This document shows, one piece after another, positions 1-15,565 of a stretch of 64,000 nt of DNA. The DNA is from Octopus vulgaris. Its lineage: Eukaryota. The notes under the pieces are model-generated. The model was not told the DNA's origin and ran no database searches. It saw only the letters and a program-made list of their open reading frames with translations. The position numbers and the translations under genes were made by a program. The DNA lies in the NCBI GenBank assembly GCA_951406725.2, contig OX597820.1, forward strand, positions 78,616,001 to 78,680,000. Direction: 5' to 3'. How positions within the stretch are numbered: the stretch's first letter is position 1; each line of letters starts with the position of its first letter.

Positions 1-1383
1 GCGTGGACGATTTTTAGTGCACCCTATAAAATATAAATTCTCGTTTGTAGAAGAGCGGTTTACAATGATAACCGCCTCTTTAATACTAAAATCATGAAAC
101 CTGGGGCCACAAATAACTGCAGGAAAAACTTACACCTTTCGTCAAACATTTACATATGAAATGTTTTTAAATTTAGCATAAAAATATAAAAATTATAGAT
201 GCTATTCTAGACCCTAATAAACCTCAAACGACCTTCAGATAAACCAACAAAACAATGCATGTAAAAATAAGCATCCTACAACAAACATCACTAAATACAT
301 TTAGTAATGTTATCCTACTTTAATAAAATGACACATATACATATCAAAGGTTCATATAGGTCCTTAAACAAAGCGGTTTCAAAGTACAAATCAAATACTT
401 CACCAAATCAACCCCCACCCCACCCCCCAAAGAAACCAAAAACAGAAAAGGGAAAGTATTTTGGTATAACCCACCATACAATTGACAAGTAACTGTATAC
501 ATCGTTAACAGTTTTTGAATCTGGTCAGAAAACATCTGCTCTTCACATGTCTAACTATATATGATCTTCAACACCCTACGACTACATTTCATGAAACCTC
601 GTACATCTGTACACCATATAAATTATAGGTACTGTTAGCCACACTTTACTGAAACACAGATAAAAGTTATACTTACATTCAAACATCCACATTTGTTCAG
701 AAATAATTCGATCCCCTTCCTCATGTGACCTTCGTACGCTTTCACTTAAACCATGCCACATCATCTCCACTCCCTTCTGCTCTCTTTTATTGCCTCCCAC
801 CTAATTTCTTTCACACTGGAGCACTAATCATGGGTTCACTAGTAAATAGCCATTAATAATTGGCTAGTTACAAAACAAAATACATTTTTATAAAATAATT
901 GGCTATTTTCGAAATGAATAATTCATCGCTACATATTCTACACACACAAGTACGATATAAACACACATGTATTCGCCCACACTAAATTGTCTAAATCCAT
1001 ATATAAAAACACACTCCCACATACACATGCATATATCCTTCACTTACCTACGCCCGCATCCTATATCCTCTAACACGCCTACACACACACGCGCATATAC
1101 GCGATTTTACTTATACACACTAACTATAATCACACACACACACACACACACATACACACATACATACATACTCTCTCTCTTTCTCTCTCTCTTTCTTTCT
1201 ATTAACTATCTACAAAATATCACAAATGAAAAAAATTCAAATACCGAACAAATATCACCCCTACCACCGCACAATCTCACACTCTCCCCAAACATAAATC
1301 AATCGTAATTTATCTTTCACTCGTTATTAATTTTGAGGTTTATACACATACAACACACACCCAAGCTTTATGTGTATGTGTGT

Positions 1384-1430
<47 letters not shown>

Positions 1431-1588
1431 CGTATGTGTGTATGTACGTATGTATGTATATACTCATACCTACCCGTATACTTATATAGATTTATATATA
1501 ATATATGTGTGTGTTTTGCCGATATATTCTATGCATAATATATAAGTTATACATACATACATACATACATATATATATAAATATATAT

Positions 1589-1651
<63 letters not shown>

Positions 1652-2344
1652 CATACTATGTTATATTGATATATTGCTTGCTTTCTCTATTTTTAATTTA
1701 TCTTCCTATCATTATCCCTTTCCGTTATTCTAATCTTTATAACATTCCTTTCAATCCTTCTCTTTCTCCTCTCTCTCACTCTCTTTCTCATAATATCATT
1801 ACTTTTCACTTCCCCTCGGCCACCCTTCGTTCTTTCATTCTTTTTCGTAGTTTTATTCGTTTTAATTCATCTAACCCAGTAAATTATATTTTGTGGATAC
1901 GTGTTCAAATTAATCACGGCTGTTCCTTTTTATTTGGTATTCATATACGAATAAAAACAAGGTTATAACTTGTCAAAGAAACAGAAGAAATATAATTTTA
2001 AAGGTTAAGACATTTGCTTTGTAAAAGAAAGAATAAAATGGTTCTGCAATGGTCAGCACTCCTGTCTAATTCGAGTGCAAACATATAGAGAACTACAAAC
2101 AAAAATAAGAGAAACGAGAGGAAAGTAAACTTTTTTAGGATAAAAGGTAGAAAGCGTGGGACAGACAGAAAAAAATTGATGGATGCAGATAATAGTTATA
2201 TTAGAAATATTATGTGTGCGTTTATGTTTGAGCCCACCTTAGAATTTCTAATTGTCAATTATGAAAATAAAGGGCCGTCTGGAGAATACCTGAGTGCAAT
2301 GCAATGAAGTTGCTACTGTCATCATGAATGGAAAGTTAGATAGT

Positions 2345-3025
2345 AAATGATACGTCTTTGAGACGAAACAAGCCATGCAGATCAAGAAAGCACTGTGTCC
2401 CAATCGAAGACCAGTCTGATTTAAATTTTAACAATGTTATCAAAGCGTGTATATTGGGTACTCCGGTAAACATAAATGCTTTTTTCCACAGCTTTTCTTT
2501 GAAGTGCGAGTGAAAATTCATTTCAATGGTAAAGTTAGACTACCAGTTGTACTTGAATTGCTGAAGAATGACACCCAGTAGAATGCAACAATGTCGAAAG
2601 CGGTTCTTTTCGCCATGCTTTTAAACTACTATGAAACATCCTATCTTCAGCTTTGGCTCAAATATCGGGTGGTGGGGGACATTGCCATAGATTTCATCTC
2701 CCAGGGCTCCAGGACCTTTTTTTACAGAGAAAATAATCTCAAAATCATTTTCACATTCCTTTAAGACATTATACATAATTAATAGGTTTCGATTAATTTT
2801 GTCATTCACACAATTCGATTATGAACTGATACAGAGTCCGGGTCTGTAACACAGTGCTTTAGACACCAGACAGCTATAAATGTATTGAAAAAACAATTAC
2901 ATTTCTTACATGGAGGATAAATGTTCAAAAGAAATCCAACAGTTTGCTTTCATACACGAAATGCATTCCTTCAATAAAAGTCAGTTTGATTGCAGCTACT
3001 GTTCAACGTGGGTGGGAAAATGCCG
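2345..3025 (+). mobile_element. Degenerate Helitron RepHel fragment (region between the Rep and helicase domains)
   Basis: The plus strand reads RSRKHCVPIEDQSDLNFNNVI, then LELLKNDTQ*NATMSKAVLFAMLLNYYETSYLQLWLKYR. This resembles the Helitron consensus LGLLEND..W..TM.EA...LFA.LL..CE.S.P.QLW.KYR. It carries stops and frameshifts. Confidence 0.65.
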
Positions 3026-3390
3026 TCTGTTCTATACATACACACATACAGAAATACTCACAGAGATTAAGAGGGAAAAGTGATATACAGATCTATATCT
3101 AAGCATATGTAAATTGTGTGTACAAATATGACTGTACAAACATACGTATCACATGTTTTGAGATTCGGGCGCACGTTCAAACCCCCGAAATGAATTCTCT
3201 TATATTTTTTCTGCGTGGGAATACACTTCTTATATATATTTCGGGACGGTCATTTTTTTTTTGCCAAATAAACACACGCACTGTATATTCATAATTCACT
3301 CGTTTGTTACTATTCTTATTCTAACTCATGTCATCGCACGCGCATGTGTGTGTGTGTATCTGTGTGTCTTTGTGCGACACACATGCACAT

Positions 3391-3432
<42 letters not shown>

Positions 3433-3474
3433 GTATATATATAAGTTTGCATGTAAATGTATATATATGTATAT

Positions 3475-3705
3475 TTGTGTGTGCCTATCTTTGTGTCGGT
3501 GTTTGTCCCCCACCACCGCTTGACAACCGGCATTGGTGTGTATATATACACGTAACTTAGCGGTTCAACATAAGATATCGATAGAATAAGTACCAGACTA
3601 AAAAATACAATAACCACTGGGGTCGATTCATTCGACTATAAATTCTTCGAGCTGGTACTCCGAAATGGCCGCAGACTAATGACTGAAACATGTAAAAGGT
3701 AAAAG
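3475..3705 (+). mobile_element. SINE family A, 3' half
   Basis: gcttgacaaccg...taacttagcggttc...atagaataagtac...tgactgaaaca matches the 3' half of the full copies at 36616 and 52613. Confidence 0.8.
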
Positions 3706-3708
3706 TTA

Positions 3709-3762
<54 letters not shown>

Positions 3763-4039
3763 GCATATATACATATATATATATATACATATATACATAT
3801 ATATATACACATATATATATACATTTATATATACATATATATATACATATATATATACATATATATATATATACATATATATACATATATATATACATAT
3901 ATATACATATATATACATATATATATATACTTATATATATATATATATATATATATGATAAATATAAACATATATATATTATATATATGATATATATATA
4001 TATATTATATATGTATATGATATGTATATGATATATATA

Positions 4040-4070
<31 letters not shown>

Positions 4071-4189
4071 CTTTCATTTATATACATATATTCATACATA
4101 TATATATATATACCCTTTTCCTTTATACATATATGTGTGTGTGTGTGTTTGTATGTATGTATATATATGTATGTATGTATGTATAAGCA

Positions 4190-4862
4190 TTATGTCAGGT
4201 CACTTTCGAGTGCTACTGGTAACATGTAGCCCAGTACAACCTATTGCATGGTCGGGCCGTCGGCGACTAAGCCGGCAACCCCACCAAGCTTGCTTGGTGA
4301 GGAGGGTGTTTATTGTACACCCTGCGGGATGAAAAACAAAACCCGCCAAAGAGCGGAGGAACTCTTGAGAGTCAACGGCCATCCAATAAATGTATAATTT
4401 TTTTTCTTAAGTCTTAAGGCTGTATCATGCGCAGGGACATAGAAATAACCGGACTGAATACCCGATCGTGAAGTTAAAGCACTGGAAGGGAAGTACTCCT
4501 AGCCTTTGTTAGTGCATCCTTCTAGAAGGTAACTCAGGTAACTGGGATAACTCTGACTTAAAACCTGCGGCTCAGTGGTTACCGATGATGTTGACTTGTT
4601 CTTCTTTTCAGATTATGGCTGTTGTTGCTTAGTGAGTGGGATTGACTCAGTGCACAGCCTTTCCTCACTTTAAAAAATCTTCCTGCACAGGCATTGCACG
4701 ATAACAACATTGTTCATGATTGTTGATGGTGCTGTGAGTCTCAACTGAATGGTTGGCTGTAGCCTTAAAAAGCAAATAAAAGTCACATTCGATAACAGCA
4801 CCAATAACAGTTAAGCTTCGTGCAATGGCCATACTTGATAACGAGGGGTCAGCCATCATCAT
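4190..4862 (+). mobile_element. RTE-like retroelement 5' leader or non-autonomous derivative
   Basis: GC-richer, strongly self-complementary block. It contains gaaggtaactc...gataactctgacttaaaacc, similar to the motif in RTE-clade 5' UTRs, and ends in catcatcat. It has no ORF. Confidence 0.45.
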
Positions 4863-4879
4863 GTATAAGCATTGAAATT

Positions 4880-5340
4880 CTATTCTTTCCAGCGCCACCG
4901 TGAGTGATACATGTGGAGAATATATTGCCAGCATTGTCCAAATGACCTCAACAGTAGCTTCAAAATTCATCCAAGGCTAGGACCACAGGCCATATGTCCC
5001 CTACTCAATTCAGGATCACAACACATAAATACACAGCAACACAATTTCTTTTCCTCAACAGGCTCTGCCCTATTTAACATTTTCCCAAAAGAGATCAAAG
5101 AGGAAAAGTATTCTATCACCTTGAAATGGAATCCAGACAAATTTCTTAAAGGAATACCAGATAAGCCACATGCACCTAGATGCAACTCACTCAACAAGAA
5201 CTCCCTACACGAATGGACCATGATACCACAAAACTTGACTTGAAAAGGATTTAGCTAATCCTGTCAGGTGGTGTTAACAAGTAAGACGTGGACTGGACCG
5301 ATCTTTGGTCGAAACATATCTAAGTTTATCTAAGTTTATA
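4880..5340 (+). mobile_element. CR1/L2-like LINE 3' end (ORF2 C-terminus, 3' UTR and tail)
   Basis: ORF 4911-5243 reads FKIHPRLG...HNFFSSTGSALFNIFPKEIK...DKFLKGIPDKP, typical of the post-RT C-terminus. It ends in a (tctaagttta)2 tail. Confidence 0.75.
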
Positions 5341-6115
5341 TCTATATATATCTTAAATTTCCCACTCCCATAAGCATATGAAATACAGATATACGGTAAC
5401 ATCTATATCAGAATGTAATCTGTAAACACAAATTGTGTACAATGTATTTGAGAGAATGAAAGACATAGAAATACATAGAAATACACAGAGAGAAAGCAGA
5501 CCAGGTAGAGAGGAAGACAGCACGATAGAGAGGAGAAAGTGGATACATGTGTGTGTGCATGTGTGTGCGTGTGTGTGTGTGTGTGTGTGTGAGTGTGTTG
5601 ATGTATGTTGAATGTCTATTTGTTAATACCTGTATGCGAATATATATGTTTGTGTTCCGATGTTGAAAAATTGCTTTATCGTGTGTAAAATGTGCTTAAC
5701 ACTAGATTTATGGGAAACACTGTCATAATTATCCTTTCTCAAATCATTGCTCTCAGATAAAAAGCAAATTTGAAGTGATTCTAAGATTGGACAAATTATA
5801 ACAAGAAAAATAGCAACAGAAAAAAAAATTAGTTATTAACTTGTTGGTTTTCTATTATCTGGATGCTTCTCAGTCATTTTTCTATTCAGCTTTTCCAATA
5901 GAGAAACAGTTATTTCAAATCGTTATGGCTGTCGGCAAACATGAATATCTCCCATTAAAAACATTCAGCTTCCAAACTAACTAAGCACAATGAATATCTA
6001 TTGTATTTTGTCATCAGATCGTTCAATATTTCCTAGGCCATGATGTATATAGACTTACATCTATTGGATACAATGTGGCTACAATATAAACACAATATTA
6101 TCGCCATGATGTATT

Positions 6116-6163
<48 letters not shown>

Positions 6164-6227
6164 TATATGGGTATATCGGTAAATGTGTTATATATATACA
6201 TATATATATGGGTATATCGGTAAATGC

Positions 6228-6274
<47 letters not shown>

Positions 6275-6429
6275 CATATTTACATATTAATATAGATAGA
6301 TTGAGAGGTACAAATATAGATAAATATACTTATGATATGTATGTGCTTGGGTGTATATAATTATATTTATATATATATATAATTTACATGTGCGAGTATT
6401 TGTTTATATTAGTGCGTGTGTCTGTATGT

Positions 6430-6473
<44 letters not shown>

Positions 6474-6486
6474 ATACATATGTATG

Positions 6487-6517
<31 letters not shown>

Positions 6518-6657
6518 ACGTTTCTACGTATAATATGTTTTTATATATAGATATAAATATATACTTATATATGTTACTATATATTTTTAAGATATCCATG
6601 TGTGTACGTGTATATATATGAGAGATTTTAGAACTAGCTTTTAGTATGTTTTATATA

Positions 6658-6727
<70 letters not shown>

Positions 6728-7112
6728 TATGATAGACAGACAGATAGGATATATACATATGACAGATTTTGTGCGTGTGTGTGCATGTGTGAGTGTATCA
6801 ATTTATGCAGGCATACCATGCACACATACATATATGTAAATGTTACTTTATCTACATGTGTAGGCATTGATATAATTGTGCGTATCTTGCATTTTGTCAC
6901 GTTCTCATGCTACAGGCTACCCCCTGTCGTTTGGCACAGCCTCTCAAAATCAACACAATCAAATCAGCATAATTCTATATATATATATATATATATACAT
7001 GCATATATAGTCATACATATATATATGTACACACAAACGCACGCACACACACATATGTATATATATTTATATGAAGAAATTTGAGATAAATCGATCGATG
7101 GATATTTGTATG

Positions 7113-7144
<32 letters not shown>

Positions 7145-7164
7145 CTTCTCTATTTATCTATCTA

Positions 7165-7211
<47 letters not shown>

Positions 7212-7581
7212 GTGTGTGTATGTAAAATATATATATGTATATAGGCACACACAAATACAGAGACAGAGAGAGAGAGAGACAGAGAATCGATATGCTTAAA
7301 ACTTATATCATCGTGTTCAAACTGAGATAAAAGAGTTACCGTTATTGTACACAAGGAAATAACTAGTTACAAATTTAACGCAAACATCTAATTCTGTAAT
7401 TCCTGCATTTCCTACATTCATTTCTCATTTTTATGTCAAAATAGAAAAAAATTGTGTAATCATTATTGTGTACAAGCTCTTCTCGTCAATTTTTATGTTT
7501 CAAAATATTACTTCCAACAAACTTATATTCATAGAAACACATATAACTGTTTTCCTCGAAATAAATATAATTTATGTGAGG

Positions 7582-7612
<31 letters not shown>

Positions 7613-7684
7613 CACGCGCATACATATATATAAAATTGCACGCGCATACATACATATGTGTGTATGTAAGTATGTATGTGCATA

Positions 7685-7721
<37 letters not shown>

Positions 7722-7994
7722 TTATTTATTTATGCATTTATTTGTGTGTACATATATATATATATATTTGCGTGTACATACACATATATGTGTATATGAA
7801 TGTATGTATATGTGTATCTTTCTATGTATATAGATATATTCAATTATTGAAATAGGTATATAAGTATCGATATGTTTTTAGTGCGTTAGGTCTGTGTATA
7901 TTTATATAGCTACACACACACACACTTACACACATGTGTGCATACGTGTATATGTATAAAATATATACATATATATATATATATATATACATAC

Positions 7995-8064
<70 letters not shown>

Positions 8065-8068
8065 GTAT

Positions 8069-8140
<72 letters not shown>

Positions 8141-8374
8141 CAAGTGTAAGGGGATCCAAACCTTAGCTATTAATTTCTAAATGCTATTTATTCTGTCGTG
8201 AAAAAAAGCGATGGATTTTATGTTATATGAATAAACATTTTATAATCATTGCTCATAAACACGTCTTCCAACTTGTTAAATGATTTATTTTACTCTCATG
8301 CTGTTGAAACACTCGTAACGAAGGAATATATGCGATACACGGATCTCTATATTTTTGCTTCTTGTGTCTTTGTG

Positions 8375-8406
<32 letters not shown>

Positions 8407-8969
8407 CGTATGTATGTGTGTGTGTATGGGCGTGTGTGCTTGTGTGAATGTGTGTGTGCGCGTGGGTGTGTATACACACTCACATATTGTGCATGTATAT
8501 TTTGCGCCCAATCTGGAACACTTCTTTGAATGGTTTCGTCGATGATATCAAGCCAAGTACTCGTGTTATGTCTACGACTTATTCTATTGGTATTTTTTGC
8601 CAGACTGCTATGTTGCAGGGTCGTAAGCTAACACACTCACACACACACATACACAAACTCGTATACACACGCACACCATCATTTCCTGATATCTCCGCCG
8701 GCAGCAGAATGTGCACCAGCTTGACATCGTTGCCTCGATAATTTTCAACCTTTGGCAAGGACATTCAGGGAAACTCTGCGGTCTTCACACATACATTTAT
8801 GTACCACGGGATTCCTCAGAGTTTCCGTCCACAAAATATACTCATTAGGCTTCGGTCGAACTGGACCTATAATAAAAGATTTGTGCTTAGGTGCCACGTT
8901 CCAGGACTTGAAACCACGTAAGCGAATTGACTAAAGACACTTCATACCTGCACCAAAATGCATATATAC

Positions 8970-9156
8970 TGTCGCGGGTTCAGTCCCACTGCGTGGCACC
9001 TTGGATAAGTAACTTCTACTATAGCCTCAGGCCGACCAAAGCCTTGTGAGTGGATTTGGCAGATGAAAACTGAAAGAAGCCCGTCGTATATATATATATG
9101 TGCGTGCGTGTGTGTGTGTGTATTATTTATATGTATACATTCATGTGTGTGTGTGC

Positions 9157-9197
<41 letters not shown>

Positions 9198-9420
9198 ATA
9201 TTCGTGTGTGTGGCTTTGTGTCTGTGCTTGTCACTCACCAACGCTTGACTACCGATGTTGGTATGTTTACGTCCATGTAAGTTAACTGTTCGGCAATAGA
9301 CACCGATGGAATAAGTATTAGGCATGCAAGTCCTGGGGGAGATTTCTCCGACTAAGACCCTTTATGGCGGTGCTCCATCATGGCCACAGTCAAATGACTG
9401 AAATAAGCAAAACAATAAAA
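8970..9420 (+). mobile_element. SINE family A (tRNA-derived head, CORE-like segment, internal microsatellite)
   Basis: B-box-like gggttcagtccc, caccttggataagt core, an internal (TA)/(TG) tract and the conserved 3' half. Confidence 0.85.
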
Positions 9421-9472
9421 GTATACATTGCTGCTATTATGCAAACGTGTCGTAAGTCCAAAACGTTGGGGT

Positions 9473-9871
9473 TTTTTTCTACTCTGGGCACAAGACCCGA
9501 AATGTTGGTGCAAGGGGCCAGTTGATTAGATCGACCCCAGTGCGTAACTGGTACTTATTTAATCGACCCCGAAAGGATGAAAGTCAAAGTAGACCTCGGC
9601 GAAATTTGAACTCAGAACGTAGCGGCAGACGAAATACCTATTTCTTTACTACCCACAAGGGGCTAAACACAGAGAGGACAAACAAGGACAGACAAACGGA
9701 TTAAGTCGATTATATCGACTCCAATGTGTAACTGGTACTTAATCTATCGACCCTGAAATGATGAAAGACAAAGTCAACCACGGCGGAATTTGAACTCAGA
9801 ACGTAGCGGCAGACGAAATACTACTAAGCATTTCGCCGGGCGTGCTGACGTTTCTGCCAGCTCGCCGCCTT
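9473..9871 (-). mobile_element. SINE family B, dimeric
   Basis: Reverse complement of ggcggcgagctggcagaaacg...gagttcaaattccgccgaggtcgactttgcctttcatcctttcggggtcg, with the internal unit repeated twice. Confidence 0.9.
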
Positions 9872-10097
9872 AAACCGTTGCTTTTTTAGAAAATTAAAAA
9901 CATAATTTCACCATTCCATAACAAAACGATTGTACTACACTTTGAGAATTTTTGATACGCTGGCATCTGAAACAGCTGAAGATACGATAGTTTGACCAAA
10001 AGAACCGGGTATTGCAAGCAAAAATAAATATTGAAATAAACACATTTGGCCAAATTTCGACATACGCCAGTTAAACATAATAGTAACGATATATATA

Positions 10098-10203
<106 letters not shown>

Positions 10204-10668
10204 TGTGTTTTATAGAATATGAGGGGTGTAGCTCACTTGTGATCTAAACGAATATATATATATATAGGAATTGCCAAATAATCGTTATTATATCCCTTTA
10301 TTTTTTCCTGCAATGAAACCCCAGAAACGGCCGTTGGTGCCCTACCTTAACTAAATTTTACCTATTCCGGATTTTAACTTTACTCCTCGTCGTATCTTTC
10401 AGTTCGTTTCCATCACCACTTCAAACTTTCTCCAATATTTTTACCTTTACACGCATGGTTTAAGGTTTTGGGGGTTTTTTTTATGTCTGCATCCGAGGAT
10501 TCTTTACTCATATATTTTCGATATATTTATTTACTTAAAGATTTCTAAAATAAATAAATTAAAATGTCTGTATTTACATATCTTTAATCTATCGTAGAAT
10601 TGTCCTTTAAATCCATCTCTAATCGGAGTCATGTTTGCGGATCGAATTACCAGATCTTGTTTCTTCAC

Positions 10669-10713
<45 letters not shown>

Positions 10714-10803
10714 GCTCTCCCCTTTCTCTCCCTCTTTCTCCTTTCTCTCTCACCCACTCTCGCTCTGTCTCCTTCTCTCTGTGTTTCTCTCCCTCCCTCT
10801 ACT

Positions 10804-10859
<56 letters not shown>

Positions 10860-11234
10860 ACTTTCGTACGCAGACACAATTTCAAAAATTAGTTACTGAT
10901 ACTCTTTTCTGAGGATTGGGCAAATAGATGAAGATGGCCCAGAAGAGATTCCAGCTAGCCGAAACTTCAAAGTTACAGCTAAACCTATCCTTGTTAAAGA
11001 ATAAAATACATGCATATATATGTGTATGTATGAGTATGTGTGTATGAGTGTGTGAGCGTGTGTGAGTGGAGTGTGTGTGAGAGAGTATGTATGAGTGAGT
11101 GTGTGAATGTGTGTATGTCTAAGTATCTAAGTATATATATCTGTGTATGTGCGTATATATATATATATGTATATATGCGTGTATATATATAGACTGGTAG
11201 AAAGACAGACAGGCAAACGCACAAGCAAACAGAC

Positions 11235-11339
<105 letters not shown>

Positions 11340-11896
11340 CTCACAGACAGAAATGGGTGATAAGCACAGGATATAGTTAAGAATATTTGTTCTCTTCGTA
11401 CTTTTCACCAATGCCGTTGGTTTCATCCCCAAGAGTGAAATTTACGTGAGCAATAAATGATAAATACTGCATCTTGTGTCTATGATACTTTTTCCACCTA
11501 CATTTCTCAGTATATCATAACCAGCGATACTACCAAGTAAAGTAGTAACCACACCACTTTATAACAATTAGACTCGGTGACGATATTCTACGTTGTGTTC
11601 TATATATATCCATCTATATAAACCACCCGTGTTTGCATGTACGTATTGTGTGTAAATCTTTCGTCAATGTTTATTAACGAAATATTTAGACAACGCCGAG
11701 TCAGCCAAAATAATCGATGCCTTTTGAACGAATTCTCATGTGATTTTTGCGATACAGTCTGAATCGAGTCAATCACTCTCTTGTCACACTCGCCGTCAGA
11801 AATGCAATGAACCAGTGAATAATCTTTTGGAAACCTATGACCATGTACCCTCTTGGTTACAAATCATATAAAACATATAGATAGATTATATAAAAT

Positions 11897-12387
11897 CTTT
11901 TCTGTTCTAGGCACAAGTCCCGAAATTTTTGAGGAGGTGGGGGCAGTCGATTACATCGACAGACAAAATACCTATTTCTTTACTACCCACAAGGGGCTAA
12001 ACACAGAGGAAACAAACAAGGATAGACAAACGGATTAAGTCGATTACATCGACCCCAGTGCGTAACTTGTACTTAATTTATCGAACCCGAAAGGATGAAA
12101 GGCAAAATCGACCTCGGCGGAATTTGAACTCAGAACGTAACGGCAGACGAAATACCTATTTCTTTACTACCCACAAGGGGTTAAACACAGAGGGGACAAA
12201 CAAGGATAGACAAACGGATTAAGTCGATTACATCGACCCCAGTGCGTAACTGGTACTTAATTTATCAACACCGAAAGGATGAAAGGCAAAGTCGACCTCG
12301 GCGGAATTTGAACTCAGAACGCCACGGCGAACGAAATACCACAAAGCATTTCGCCCAGCGTGCTAACGTTTCTGCCAGCTCGCCGCG
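11897..12387 (-). mobile_element. SINE family B multimer with 15-bp TSD
   Basis: Repeated units of about 185 bp. The flanking direct repeat tagattatataaaat lies at 11882-11896 and 12391-12405. Confidence 0.9.
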
Positions 12388-14769
12388 TTTTAGATTATAT
12401 AAAATAAATAATGACTGGTGGAGCATGAGTTTGGTAGGTAGACATCGAATTTTATTTGGCAGTTTCAAATCCCACTCGTTAGAAGTTTCATTCTTAATCA
12501 CAGCAAATGCTGTTATGAAGTTATTATTGCCACGACATCCCGTTTATACCTTATCTCTGAAATATAGAATCTTGATGTATAACAAAAAATCATTAAAAGT
12601 GATTAACTTACATAAAAAATAAAATGAAATGGTTATTACGTTTATTGTTGTGCTTCTTTAACCATCATGTCAGTCATGATTGAGTGTGCTTATAATCAAT
12701 AGTGTTCCGTATGTGACCATCCCACCCCATTATTTCATAGAGATCTTGTACGTTCCAAATTGAAATCCAACGCTCTGCTCATGAAGTTCTTTTTTCTATC
12801 TTGTGTCCTTGCCAGGATTTCAACTCAGAACGTACTGCAATGTAGCTAAAACTGTCGTTTTTGTCAGTAATATTTTCTGACATAAGGCCACACGTTCTGA
12901 GGGAAAAACTGTCATTTAAATAAACCCTTCATTCTTATTTCATCTAACTGCAAAAGATGAAAGGCACTCTCAACCCTGATGAGACTTCAATTTCAGAAAG
13001 CAAAGACACGTCACTAAATTCCACCTGACAGCTTTTGCTACGTTTTATTGATTTTGTAATCCACAGACAATAAACTACGATAAATGTTGTAAAGCAATTC
13101 TGCGAAGTATCATCGATATTTGTAGTTATCTGAAAAATATTTTTTCCTGGACTGAAAAGAATGGCTGGCGAAAAAATATACGTAAGTGAAGCGATATCGT
13201 GCTTCCTTTCAGTGTCAATTTCTGTTAGTTATGATCTGATAAGTAGGCAAATATTTCTTGCACTTTCAAAAGCGCTTGCCGGAAAAACAAAAATTATTCA
13301 AAAGTATAATAACCTGACGCAGAGAATCTATGTGAGTTCCAGCTGTTCTTTATTTATTTCCGTTTCTTTGTTGACTGTCAGTTTGGAGAGAAATCTTTTG
13401 TGTCATTATTGCCATCGACATGACATTTAAGAATTCATTGACGTTGAATGGAAGCGGAAGAGGTGATTGTGACAGTGTAGATCTCATTACGTTCTGCAGA
13501 AGGGAAGTCAGTCACGAAACTACGCCAAAGCGATAAAGCCTTCGGAAATATTCTTCAGAGTTTTCATATGTATATCTACTCAATCACTATTGATCTTTTC
13601 TACCAAAATTTTAACCGTTCTTTCCAGCATTGTAGCTTTTACTGGGAAAATATATAATCGTATTTATGCATGTAAGTGCGCATGTATAGATAGGGTATGG
13701 ATTTCGGTATAGATTGATGAATGGAGGAATGGATGATGGATGGATGGATGGAAGTAGAAGAAAGAGAGGTATTAAGTTGTATCTGTCCGACACACATGCA
13801 TATATTCATCTATCTATTTATCAAAGTGGTTTGAGCAGCATAATAGTGCAAGACCTAAGCTCTCTGGGAACCACTGGTAGATGCGGGTTTATCCACAGTT
13901 GGATCTGTTTAATTTTATTTTTAAGTTGATTTCTTCAGGAGAACCTTAAACATAACATGTCACATTTTTCCTTTGCCTAAAGCATGGGACTGCTATTTAA
14001 TAAAAAAACGAAATCCACTTCCAATCAGAAATATTCCACATGATCAATCATATTTGTTCTATGCCCTTTTTACTGTAATATTTCCTAAGAAAAAATATTT
14101 CCTAAGAAGAATCACAATGAGGAAACCCAACGGCAGTACCAACGAGAAGAGCCAATGCTAACATAGATACCTCCTCCATAAATGACAAATACTAAAAAAT
14201 AACCGATGGGCAATATGCCGATGTACTTTCCAGCACGTCATTGTTATACAGAGCTAAGAGAAAGCACATTCAAATACCGCTTACACCAAATAAAAAGTGT
14301 TCGTTCTACAACTATCGTCAGGTAAAAAAATAGGCGCTATTGAAATTCATTTGATAATCAAAGAATGTAGGAATACGCACAGAACAGTCATAGAGCTGCA
14401 CTGTACAGATACATTTTGAGTAGACACGATATCACCAGATAAAATTCCAGAACACACAAGCCTCTCTGAAACCGTTTTCGCCCAGAATTTAAGCCACTAC
14501 TTCTATGAACCAACCATGAAATTTCAGAACTTTCTAGATAGTAATTTATTGGATCTTTTTATATAACATTCCTGAACTATTGTTTTCTATAGCATTTCCT
14601 TCGGTATATTTTTCGAAGATATCCAGCACTTAACTATATATAGCATCTAACCATATATTTTTCTCTTGGGCCCTAGGACTCATAAGGCCTGTTACTTGAT
14701 TTCCATGGTGTATAAGTGACCGAGATCACAACATTTCCCCTGGACAGGATACCGGTCCATTGCGGGGCT

Positions 14770-14965
14770 CAATACCAGCAATTTCTGAGTGTAAAAAACG
14801 AGTCGGCTGCATCGATTCCAGGCCTCGACTTATTTCCTTGATCCCCGAAGGAGCGGAAGGTAAAGTTGACCTCGTCGGGATTTGAGTTCATTACGTAAAG
14901 ATCGGGAAGAAACGCCGCTAGATATTTTATCCAATGTGCTAACGACTCTGCCAGCATGCCTCCTT
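14770..14965 (-). mobile_element. Diverged SINE family B copy
   Basis: gatccccgaaggagcggaaggtaaagttgacctcgtcgggatttgag...tgctaacgactctgccagc. Confidence 0.7.
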
Positions 14966-15565
14966 CTAACTATACAAAGCATCTCTTAATTCCTTTTGTG
15001 CTTCATTCAGTATATTCGCTCTTGGACTTGAATCATGTAATTTTATAATTACATGTAATTATTATTGTAATTAGACAACCTATAAGAGTATTACATCTGA
15101 ACCACTAGACGCATGAGTGTGTATTTGTGTGTATTTGTGTGTGAGAGTGTGTGTGTATGTTTGCGTGCATGCGAGAGCGCGTGTGCATGCGTGTGGTGTC
15201 TGCATGAGAATCCTCGCTCTTCCATTGACAGTTTTAAGACTTGTCGCACTCAAGGGATGTAAACCTTAACATAAAGCTAAACCGTTATCTTCCGTCATTA
15301 GAATGCCATGCGCATAGCCGTGAATAATATGATGGCGGGGCAATATATAAACATAGTAACTTCGTCTCAAGGTCTATTACTTAACAAATACTGGTGTCTA
15401 TAATCGATACGTTTCATAATTCAGCTGGTAACATTCATTACTGAACGCATAATCAACGAAATATTAAGGCCTGTTGTATTCTGTTGATACACAGATTTAC
15501 TCTAAGTATTTGTTTCTCTCTTTCTTCTTTTATGTTTTATTTAGATAAACGTTACAGTACATATA

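Noticed and set aside
582-800. Minus-strand ORF with a GTAAGT donor-like site near 675
   Set aside because: There is no polypyrimidine acceptor and no recognisable protein similarity.
2336-2809. Minus-strand ORFs as a MULE or piggyBac transposase
   Set aside because: The plus strand gives a much better ordered match to Helitron RepHel.
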